Shown: piece after piece, positions 44,462-52,635 of the stretch
Position numbering within the stretch: position 1 is the first letter of the stretch
Layout of the letters: each line of letters begins with the position of its first letter
Assembly: GCA_018674095.1 (NCBI GenBank)
Contig: JABHAX010000013.1
Coordinates: forward strand, 1-59,998
DNA: 59,998 nucleotides
Reading direction: 5' to 3'
Origin: Fidelibacterota bacterium
GTDB taxonomy: Bacteria; Fidelibacterota; Marinisomatia; Marinisomatales; UBA1611
Made by a program: the position numbers and the translations under genes
Notes under the pieces: model-generated
The model's database searches: none
The model's input: only the letters and a program-made list of their open reading frames with translations
Told to the model about the DNA's origin: nothing

Positions 44462-45266
44462 AAATTTTTCTAAATAATATTTTTTGAGTTGATTTATTTA
44501 ACGTTGATATTTTTTCAATTTCTGGGAATTCTCGTCTTTCTAATCGAATCCGAAACCCTTTTGCACAATGTGTTAATTGAAGAGATTGAGTTTCTGTCAG
44601 TGCCAATTCCTGAATTGTATTATGGATCCATTCTAAATCTGTTTCAGATAAAATTGGCGTTTCTTCTTTAAGTAAGCGATTAAATCGAATAAAAAATAAC
44701 TCAATAGAAGCTAGGTGATTTAAAATCAATGTTGAAATGGGGAGTGCAATTATTTCTTCAAATTTTAGATCCATATGATCGGATACTATTTTTATAAAAG
44801 CTAATCGTTGAAGTGGAACAATTGATGAACAGACATTGAAAATTTCTGATGCTTCCATATCCACTAATCCGCGGTACCGACTCTCTCCATTAGAAACAAC
44901 ATTTTCTACAGTTACGAGAGATATTTCTTCCAAAGAATGTTTAACCAGAATATCAGGATAATAAAGTGCCCCACTCATTTCATCTTTTATTTCGTGAAGA
45001 AAATAACATTCACCAATTTTAGTTGAAGTTGGGTTTCCGCCTGCGATTCCAATATTGATAAATTGGATATTATTTTCTTGAACAGAATTGTAAAAAGTAG
45101 TAATTCGATGATGAATATTCTTTTTTCCAACGCCAAGGGCGATGAGTGAAATAGAGCCATTCCGGAAAACTGGGAATGGATATGTTGAGTCCCGAATTAA
45201 TTTAAAATGATCTATAAGCGGCTGAGATTCAGCTTTTAATGCAGTCAGAATACATTGCATACTCAA
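44442..45266 (-). CDS. PNP_UDP_1 (nucleoside phosphorylase / MTA-SAH nucleosidase-like) family protein with C-terminal extension
   Basis: 274 aa; ALGVGKKN and LVDMEASEIF resemble the phosphorylase-family motifs (GIGK.., EMEGAA). Overlaps the SPL gene start by 20 nt. Confidence 0.55.
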   Translation of the reverse strand: MSMQCILTALKAESQPLIDHFKLIRDSTYPFPVFRNGSISLIALGVGKKNIHHRITTFYNSVQENNIQFINIGIAGGNPTSTKIGECYFLHEIKDEMSGALYYPDILVKHSLEEISLVTVENVVSNGESRYRGLVDMEASEIFNVCSSIVPLQRLAFIKIVSDHMDLKFEEIIALPISTLILNHLASIELFFIRFNRLLKEETPILSETDLEWIHNTIQELALTETQSLQLTHCAKGFRIRLERREFPEIEKISTLNKSTQKILFRKICEKLST

Positions 45267-45269
45267 TCA

Positions 45270-45884
45270 TCAAAAGAAAGAGAATCGGACAATTTTCTTT
45301 TTTGGTTTATATTTTTTCTTCCACAGTTTTTTCCCTTCCCATGTGAAAAATAAAAATCGAGCTTTTCGACCTTCCGGTTCATACATAAATTGACTTTCTT
45401 GGGACCGTATTCCCATATCGGCATCAATAGATTCCAAAATTATTTTTTGAGTGGAGAAAAGAATACGGTCAAAATCTTGATAAACAATATCTCTTCCAAA
45501 TCGGGCACCGATAAAGTTTAATGTTTTTCCTAGCAAATAAAAACCAACTCCACCTCCAATACCAATTTTCAAATATTCTTCTGTCATTTGCCCCGCAGCC
45601 GATGCGCCCATGGCGGATGCTATACCCAAAATGCCCAAAAGAGAACAAGGCTTTCCTAAAGAATAATAGGATTTTTCTGCATACCTGACTTCAATAATAT
45701 TTTTCATTGGCACCGTCATGAGAACCAATTCATCCTTCCAAAATATTATTTTTTTCTTTTTAATTGTAAAATGGTTTGAAGAACTAAAAATATCATTCGT
45801 TTTGGTAAATAACATAATTCGCTGGGAATATCCCATGGAAAGAAAAAGGGTTAACACAATGAATTGAATTGGATTAAATTTCAT
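45270..45884 (-). CDS. Hypothetical membrane protein
   Basis: 204 aa; N-terminal hydrophobic leader, central Gly-rich TM pair, basic C-terminus. Its stop lies 3 nt upstream of the start of the next gene. Confidence 0.45.
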   Translation of the reverse strand: MKFNPIQFIVLTLFLSMGYSQRIMLFTKTNDIFSSSNHFTIKKKKIIFWKDELVLMTVPMKNIIEVRYAEKSYYSLGKPCSLLGILGIASAMGASAAGQMTEEYLKIGIGGGVGFYLLGKTLNFIGARFGRDIVYQDFDRILFSTQKIILESIDADMGIRSQESQFMYEPEGRKARFLFFTWEGKKLWKKKYKPKKKIVRFSFF

Positions 45885-45902
45885 GAGAATGAGATCTCTA
45901 AT

Positions 45903-47039
45903 TTAAAAATAAGAGCGTAAAGCACTCATTAAAAAATCAACGTCTTTTTGGCTATTGTACACTTGAATCGAAATTCTGATAAATTGAGTTTCATTCCATG
46001 TAAAAATTGGAATTTCAATTTTAGTGTCATCCCATAGCTTTTTTTTAAAATTTTTGGGTGTCCGTTTTGGCAGAGGATGAGACACCATTTGACCCAGCCA
46101 GTTTCCACCAGTGGAAATTGGGTCGGTTTTCAATACATTTTGAAAATCATAATAAACTGTTTGAATTATATTTCGACAAGTCTCTTGATGGCTTTTAATT
46201 TCATCAACATAAAATTTTATTGCAGCTGGGATCGCCAAAAATGAAGACATATCCCGTGTTCCTTGCCAATTAAATTCCGTTAGAAATTCAGAAGGTCCTG
46301 GATCATCTCCACTATTCCCCCAACTCACAATAAGTGGTTTAATCCAATCTTGATGCTCTTTTTTAACAAATAAAAAAGAAGCCCCTTTCGGTCCACACAA
46401 CCATTTATGGCATGCTCCTGCATAAAAATCACAACCCAATTTGTGAATATCTAATGGAATATGTGCCGGAACATGAGCCCCATCTACAATGGTTAAAATC
46501 CCTTTCTCTTTGGCCATTTTTATAATGGAGGCAATTGGAAATATCAACCCAGTAGAACTGGTAATTTGAGAGATAAAAATGACTTTAGTCCGAGAAGTAA
46601 CTCCTTTCCAAAAATCGTCCATAAATTTTTCTTCCGTTGAAACGGGTGTTGATATTTCTTGTTGAACAATTTTTGCACCGGACTTTTTAGCCCAAACTAA
46701 CCAAGCACGAACCAATGCCCCATATTCATGATTTGTCATGAGAATTTCGTCGTTATGTTTAACGTTCAAATTATGAATAATATTTGTGACAGCGGTAGTT
46801 GGATTTTGAAAAAAAATTATTTCATCTTCATCACAACCCACAAATTCGCTTAATGATCTTCGGGATTCGTATAAGGTTTTATATAAGGTTTCTGTTAAAA
46901 AATGAGCCGGATGAAATTCTAATTTTTTTTGCCAATTTTGATAATCTTCAAATACTGGTTTTGGACACGCACCAAATGAACCATGATTTAAATAGGTCAT
47001 GTCCGGATTCAAAAGAAACTTGTTTTTTATTTGATTCAT
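45903..47039 (-). CDS. Class V aminotransferase-fold PLP enzyme (isopenicillin-N-epimerase / cysteine-desulfurase-like)
   Basis: The PLP-Lys context ACHKWLCGPKGASFLFV and TVDGAHV support the family. I moved the start to the internal ATG at 47039 (MNQIKNKF) because it forms an ATGA overlap with the alkB-like stop. The ORF track extends to 47096. Confidence 0.8.
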   Translation of the reverse strand: MNQIKNKFLLNPDMTYLNHGSFGACPKPVFEDYQNWQKKLEFHPAHFLTETLYKTLYESRRSLSEFVGCDEDEIIFFQNPTTAVTNIIHNLNVKHNDEILMTNHEYGALVRAWLVWAKKSGAKIVQQEISTPVSTEEKFMDDFWKGVTSRTKVIFISQITSSTGLIFPIASIIKMAKEKGILTIVDGAHVPAHIPLDIHKLGCDFYAGACHKWLCGPKGASFLFVKKEHQDWIKPLIVSWGNSGDDPGPSEFLTEFNWQGTRDMSSFLAIPAAIKFYVDEIKSHQETCRNIIQTVYYDFQNVLKTDPISTGGNWLGQMVSHPLPKRTPKNFKKKLWDDTKIEIPIFTWNETQFIRISIQVYNSQKDVDFLMSALRSYF

Positions 47040-48148
47040 TTTGATAGTTGTTGAAGAAGATTTAGTTCTTCTGTCGATGCATAATTTGAGTCCCAATCTT
47101 TTAATTTTTCATTCATTATATTTCGATATTTCCAAGGAAAAAGCAAACTAAAGTAAACCATCGTCAAATAACCAAATGGAAGCATGGGTGCTTTTTCATT
47201 TGGATTTAAAGTCCAAAAAGGGAGTGTTCCCTTTTCATGGTGTGCAGAATGTCTTGTGAGATTAAATAATACATAACTACTAATTCGATGATTTGAATTC
47301 CAAGAATGCCGAGGTTCGATAGCGGTTCCAGGGACACGCACTAGTCCATAATGTTCAATGTAGTTCACAGTTTCCAATAGGAATTTGGCCCACACAATTG
47401 AACAAAAATAAACGAAAAGACTTATTGGGCCACCCAATGAAATCAATCCAGTTAAAATAGCGGAGCGGAAATAAATCTGAATCATCTGATTCTGAACTGA
47501 AAATGGGCTCAACCCTTTTTGAGATAATCTACTTTTTTCCCATGCCCATGCGTTTTTCAAGGTTCCAATTGTAGATCGAATAATGAACGAATATACACCT
47601 TCATTCCGACGAGCTGATTCAGGATCTTCATACGTTGCAATATATTTATGATGTCCATGAACATGTTCAATTCCAAAAGCTGGATCCCAGGTTAAAGCCA
47701 ATAACCAATTACTGACTTTAAATCCAAAAGAATTCTTTTTTCGATGAACTAATTCATGTCCTACAACGGTTCCAATTCCACCGATCATTAAACCGGATGA
47801 AAGAATAATACCTAAAAGATCCACAGAATTATAGGAATACTGCCAAGAAAAAAATATTGAATCCGACGCTAAAATTTGGAAAATATAGGACTGGGTATCC
47901 CCCATCCCTAATAATGAAATATGAAATAATTTTAACAACAATAATGGCAAAATAGAATACAAAATAGGATTCAATTGATTATTAGACTTTTGAGTTAATG
48001 TGGTATCATTCCCGAAAAAAGAATCTCCTAAAATAAGAAAAGTTGAAAAAGCTACAAAGAACATCCAAACAGCATTTGGACCCATCCAATCACATGCCAA
48101 TAATCCGATTAAAAACAATGGCGATAAACTATATTTTAACATGTTCAT
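47036..48148 (-). CDS. alkB: AlkB-type integral-membrane di-iron alkane 1-monooxygenase family protein
   Basis: 370 aa; all four signature blocks present: HELVHRK, EHVHGHHKYIATYEDPESARRNEG, NYIEHYGL, LTRHSAHHEKG. Confidence 0.85.
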   Translation of the reverse strand: MNMLKYSLSPLFLIGLLACDWMGPNAVWMFFVAFSTFLILGDSFFGNDTTLTQKSNNQLNPILYSILPLLLLKLFHISLLGMGDTQSYIFQILASDSIFFSWQYSYNSVDLLGIILSSGLMIGGIGTVVGHELVHRKKNSFGFKVSNWLLALTWDPAFGIEHVHGHHKYIATYEDPESARRNEGVYSFIIRSTIGTLKNAWAWEKSRLSQKGLSPFSVQNQMIQIYFRSAILTGLISLGGPISLFVYFCSIVWAKFLLETVNYIEHYGLVRVPGTAIEPRHSWNSNHRISSYVLFNLTRHSAHHEKGTLPFWTLNPNEKAPMLPFGYLTMVYFSLLFPWKYRNIMNEKLKDWDSNYASTEELNLLQQLSK

Positions 48149-48163
48149 TTTTTGGAATCCTTC

Positions 48164-49369
48164 TTATAAGTTTGATTGTTCTTGATTAGGATTCGATTTT
48201 TCAATCTTAAAAAAGGGGCTTTTCTGTTCAATCAATTCGGGTTGAAATGATTGTGTCTCTTTTATATAATGATTGAAAAAAGTTAGCTGAATTTCATTTA
48301 ATGTATGATAAAAATCGAACGGTTCAATTGTTCCCGTTAAATTTAATTTTTTTGTCCATTTGGTAAATAAGGGTAAATCCATATAATCAAAATGTTTTGA
48401 CCCTAAGAAAGTTGTTACCCAAGTGGGTCCCGTTGAATTTGCGGCCAATTGATCCCGATTTTTATAATTCAATGGTTTTTTCCATTTTTCCTGACCTAAA
48501 TGAAAAAAGGGTTTTGTTAGTCCTTCCGTTAAAATATTTCGAGGGAGAATTTCAAACCATCCATCTAAAGATAAACATGCAGAAATTCTCGAATCGTGAA
48601 ATGCAGCTGATACACTGGTTGCGCCGCCAAAAGAATGGCCAAATATGCCCACATTTCCTAAATGTAACTTTTGGAAAAATATTGAATTAGGATCATCAGA
48701 CACTTGTTTTTCTAATTCATCCAAAACAAATGAAACGTCTTTAGTCCGAATATCCAATTGCTTGTATCGAATACTAAATCCGACCGTTTCATCTTTTAAA
48801 CCTTTAGGCAAATTTGAATCATATAATTTTTTATGGCCATTAGGGAAAATTGTAATATTTGCATCGTAAGAATGGTCCATGGCTGCGACAACAAAACCGT
48901 GGCTTACTAATTCTTCAATATAAGCGGTATTCTGGACTCTCATTCCACCCAATCCATGGGAGAAAATAAGAACAGGGAATTTGGACGTTGATTCTGCCAT
49001 TCGCAACTGTGGATAAGATTGGGTCGAAATATCAGAAATATGTTTTATCATGAAAACAGGTAATTCCACCTGTTTGGAAAATTCCGGAACTCTTAAGTCC
49101 AAATAATCCATATAAGGGTTCGCAGAACCAGATGGCGTTTCATCAGATGGATACCATATTTGAACCATAATTTCTCTGAAGTCTGTGGTGTCTTCTTTAG
49201 AAAACCATTCTTTCCGAGATGAATCTTCCCAATGAAATTGAACAGTACCCACTGCGAATTCTCCCGAAGGTTTCGGTAGAGAATTTAAAGGAATAATTTT
49301 TTTCACGACAGAACTGCAACCCATCATAAGCGAAAGACAGATCAGACATAATATTTTTTTGCTTAGCAT
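48164..49369 (-). CDS. Secreted alpha/beta hydrolase, PAF-acetylhydrolase-like lipase
   Basis: 401 aa; lipoprotein-like leader (LMMGCSS); PVLIFSHGLGGMRVQNTAYIEELVSHGFVVAAMDH and GHSFGG nucleophile elbow. Confidence 0.65.
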   Translation of the reverse strand: MLSKKILCLICLSLMMGCSSVVKKIIPLNSLPKPSGEFAVGTVQFHWEDSSRKEWFSKEDTTDFREIMVQIWYPSDETPSGSANPYMDYLDLRVPEFSKQVELPVFMIKHISDISTQSYPQLRMAESTSKFPVLIFSHGLGGMRVQNTAYIEELVSHGFVVAAMDHSYDANITIFPNGHKKLYDSNLPKGLKDETVGFSIRYKQLDIRTKDVSFVLDELEKQVSDDPNSIFFQKLHLGNVGIFGHSFGGATSVSAAFHDSRISACLSLDGWFEILPRNILTEGLTKPFFHLGQEKWKKPLNYKNRDQLAANSTGPTWVTTFLGSKHFDYMDLPLFTKWTKKLNLTGTIEPFDFYHTLNEIQLTFFNHYIKETQSFQPELIEQKSPFFKIEKSNPNQEQSNL

Positions 49370-49419
49370 TATTCTAAGATTTTTGATTAATGATAAAAAG
49401 ATACCCTAAATTTAAGCCA

Positions 49420-50112
49420 TCAAAATGGTAAAGGTTTTAGTTTCCGAAATCCCATATAAAATAAAAGGATATGAATGATTCCGGCAATTTCAAACCCTAA
49501 GATATACCAAGGCCATTCTCCAATTATCAATGGATTCTTTGCCAAGGGTTTTTGGCAAAGAAACATATAATTAGAATTTAATACATAATTCAAAGCTACG
49601 ATAACAAGAAGCAAAATCTGAGAAAACATAAAGACTGTTTTCCATGAATTTTCTCTTAACCTGTACCCTTCTACAACGGCGAGATAAAATGTAATTAAAA
49701 TGATGCCTCCATGGCTAATGTAATATTCTATAATTTGGAACATATCACCACCATTGATAAGCTCCGGTGTGAGTAAACTATGGATTGCACTCGGAATCCC
49801 AATAAGGGCTAAAAATTCAAATCCTAATTGGTGGGATCGAATCATCATTATGCCTGTAAGAATGGATGTAATTCTACATAAGTGTAGTGGGAGTGAATTC
49901 TTAAATGACCAAATTCCTAGCTCAGTCAAATACCATTGCCGCCAAATTTCACATCCAATTTGTAGGAGCCCAATCGATATCATGATAAGACGACGCTTAT
50001 CCGGTGGAATTCGTATGGCCAGTTGGATGAGTCCAACCGAAATACAAATTGAGCCAATGATGCCAGTCCACCATAAAACTGAAAATGGTTCGATTATAAA
50101 ATGAAGTTCCAA
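49420..50112 (-). CDS. Integral membrane protein, unknown function
   Basis: 230 aa with about 7 hydrophobic helices. No motif recognised. Confidence 0.55.
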   Translation of the reverse strand: MELHFIIEPFSVLWWTGIIGSICISVGLIQLAIRIPPDKRRLIMISIGLLQIGCEIWRQWYLTELGIWSFKNSLPLHLCRITSILTGIMMIRSHQLGFEFLALIGIPSAIHSLLTPELINGGDMFQIIEYYISHGGIILITFYLAVVEGYRLRENSWKTVFMFSQILLLVIVALNYVLNSNYMFLCQKPLAKNPLIIGEWPWYILGFEIAGIIHILLFYMGFRKLKPLPF

Positions 50113-50249
50113 TTTTTAACTTGAATTGATGTAGGTTTTAATCTATGTTTTTAAATTAGTTTTTGAGACGAAAACTTAGTTCGTCTCGGTTCAAACTTGA
50201 TGAAGTGTAGAAACAATTTTGGATAGATGAAACAATCATTTTTCAAAAT

Positions 50250-50277
50250 AAAAAAGGGACAATTCTGCCCCTTTTAA
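50250..50277 (-). terminator. Rho-independent terminator downstream of pspC-like gene
   Basis: On the minus strand: GGGGCA-gaat-TGTCCC (one mismatch) followed by TTTTTTATTTTG. Confidence 0.55.
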
Positions 50278-50296
50278 ACGAGTACGAATTTATGGA

Positions 50297-50512
50297 TTAT
50301 CCTACTGTAGTGCTTCCTTCAAAACCCTGTTGAACAAGCAATTTTGGGATCACGATCCATGCAATTATGTAAACCAAAAGTCCGCCTCCCATACACAATG
50401 CCATCAAAAAGATTAGTCGAACAATGACTGGGTCAATGTTAAAATAGTTACCAATGCCCTCGCAAACACCTGCGATTTTTCCTTCTACAGGATTTCTATA
50501 AAGTTTCCTCAT
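50297..50512 (-). CDS. PspC-domain membrane protein
   Basis: 71 aa; LYRNPVEGKIAGVCEGIGNYFNIDPVIVRLIFL is a typical PspC domain followed by a TM helix. Confidence 0.8.
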   Translation of the reverse strand: MRKLYRNPVEGKIAGVCEGIGNYFNIDPVIVRLIFLMALCMGGGLLVYIIAWIVIPKLLVQQGFEGSTTVG

Positions 50513-50524
50513 TATTTTGTTTTC

Positions 50525-50713
50525 CTAATAAATTAAAATGTACCAAACCACATATATCCAGGATAAAAGTCCATGAATCAAAGCCCAGAATACTGATTGA
50601 TTCATATTAAATGAAATAGCCATAGCCAAGGCTGCCCCAAAGGTCACGCCTGTTTTAACCATCTCGCCGCTGGTATAATGGAATGTTTGTTTCATAAATG
50701 ATCTGACAATCAT
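50525..50713 (-). CDS. Small two-helix membrane protein
   Basis: 62 aa hydrophobic ORF, 12 nt upstream of the PspC gene on the same strand. Confidence 0.35.
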   Translation of the reverse strand: MIVRSFMKQTFHYTSGEMVKTGVTFGAALAMAISFNMNQSVFWALIHGLLSWIYVVWYILIY

Positions 50714-50728
50714 TTTTTTAAAAGGTTG

Positions 50729-51589
50729 TCAAAAACGTCTTAATCTTTTTTTCATCAATGTGGAATGGATTTCCAAATCCTTCATAATATCTTCTGAAAA
50801 TGATTTGGAATAAAAAGTTTGCGGAATTTGTCTCAAGTCATGTTTGGTTCTTTCAAAACTAGCCAATGCAGGCTGCTGGAGAGATACTTTGATATTACTC
50901 CGGTCTCCTTCTTCCCAATCCACATGAAATATATCAAACAATTGTTGAACAAGTGTAATTTGGTCTTTTTGGGTCATATTAATTTCCCTGAGACAATTAA
51001 AAAAATTTCCCATGGATGTTTGTAAACTAGATAAATATCCTGCCCGCGGTTGATCGTGACAATATCTTAACTCCAATTCAAGATCTTTTTTCACCACACG
51101 AAGAATGCAAAAAACATTTCCTAATCCTCTATGCTTTGGCATTGGATCTGATCCGATATTTGGTGATGCAATTTCATCGTCATCTAAAAAGATATTAATT
51201 CTCGTCAATTGAGATTCTACAAGGTCTGTATGAAATCCTCGCATATCTTGGGTGACTTTTGTTCTCGCTTTTTTGGACAGTGTCATCAAATATAAAGGAT
51301 CCTTTAACGTGGCTGCCAATTCATTTACGAGCGCATTATCTTTTTTGGGATTTGGATCTAAGAGTGATATTTGTAAATCTCTTTGATAATGAGATAGGGG
51401 ACTATCAGGGTGACCAAGACAGGATCGAAGTTTATCAAGGTGGGTTTGAAACGTTTGATCCACCACCGCCATGACTGCATTAGGATCATATTTTTCACGG
51501 AGTTGTTTTGTCGTCGGAAGATTTCTCATGCCGTGCGAAATGTACCGTGAGATTATCATGCAATGCAATGAGCCAAATAAACATTTCAA
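50729..51589 (-). CDS. Hypothetical cytoplasmic protein (start uncertain; MRNLPTTKQ at 51529 is plausible)
   Basis: 286 aa ORF with no recognisable motif. First gene of the apparent three-gene unit ending with pspC. Confidence 0.45.
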   Translation of the reverse strand: MKCLFGSLHCMIISRYISHGMRNLPTTKQLREKYDPNAVMAVVDQTFQTHLDKLRSCLGHPDSPLSHYQRDLQISLLDPNPKKDNALVNELAATLKDPLYLMTLSKKARTKVTQDMRGFHTDLVESQLTRINIFLDDDEIASPNIGSDPMPKHRGLGNVFCILRVVKKDLELELRYCHDQPRAGYLSSLQTSMGNFFNCLREINMTQKDQITLVQQLFDIFHVDWEEGDRSNIKVSLQQPALASFERTKHDLRQIPQTFYSKSFSEDIMKDLEIHSTLMKKRLRRF

Positions 51590-51780
51590 AAAGAAGCTAC
51601 TTCAGCGACTAGGCTTCCAACTTTAGATATCAATGGTGATTATATATGAAGAAATGAATTGGGGAAATTTATTTAACGATAATGTATAACCACAGAATAT
51701 CCAAACTTATTTTTATTTAGATATGTGTCATTCCTTAATTTGTATCCGCATGGATAAGAAAATCCGATAAATTTAACGTC

Positions 51781-52536
51781 ATGGAAACTTACTATTTAAT
51801 AATTGCAGCATTTATTACATCGTCAATCTCAGCTGTATTAGGAATGGGTGGTGGGATAATTCTTTTAGGAATTATGGCAATTATTATACCAGATGGATAT
51901 GTAGTCATTGCTTTACATGGCATAATTCAATTAATCAGCAATATAACACGCAGTTTTGTTTTTCGCCATCATATCAAAAAAGATATTATTCAAACTTATT
52001 TGCCAGGCGTTACATTAGGGTTGAGTTTATCCGCTCTGATTATTTTCATACTTATCACTCTATTTCAAGTAGATTCAGCTAAGGAAATCAAAGTTGATTT
52101 TCTTAAACCATTTATAGGTTTATTCATCCTTTGGTTCTTATTTGGGCGTCGTCCAAAGCCAAAAGATGATTTGTCGAGTTTTTTTGGAGTAGGATTCGTC
52201 AGCGGAATTTCCACAGTATTTATTGGGGCAACCGGCCCGCTTATTGCTCCATTCTTTCTAAAACGGAAACTGAGCAAAGAAACAATTATTGCCAATAAAG
52301 CATTTTGCCAAGCCATCAGCCATACTGGAAAAATCCCTTTATTTATTTTCTTTTTTCAATTTAATTATTTTTCAGAAATTTCCATATTATTCCCATTAGT
52401 TATTGCTGTGTTCATAGGCACAAATTTTGGTAAACATATTCTAGATTTCGTCCCTGAAAAAGTATTTCAGATTCTTTTTAAAACATCATTAACAGTGATC
52501 GCTATAATGTTGATATTGAATTTTATCATTCAATAA
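51781..52536 (+). CDS. TauE/SafE-family (sulfite exporter-like) membrane protein
   Basis: 251 aa; duplicated 4-TM halves with GMGGGIILLG and GATGPLIAPF motifs. Confidence 0.75.
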   Translation: METYYLIIAAFITSSISAVLGMGGGIILLGIMAIIIPDGYVVIALHGIIQLISNITRSFVFRHHIKKDIIQTYLPGVTLGLSLSALIIFILITLFQVDSAKEIKVDFLKPFIGLFILWFLFGRRPKPKDDLSSFFGVGFVSGISTVFIGATGPLIAPFFLKRKLSKETIIANKAFCQAISHTGKIPLFIFFFQFNYFSEISILFPLVIAVFIGTNFGKHILDFVPEKVFQILFKTSLTVIAIMLILNFIIQ

Positions 52537-52635
52537 TTTTGATTCATGAACTCTATTATTATATGAAGATGTGTTTTCATAAGGATAATGAATACAAAAA
52601 TAATTAAAGTTAGAAACGATGATTATAAATCAGGT

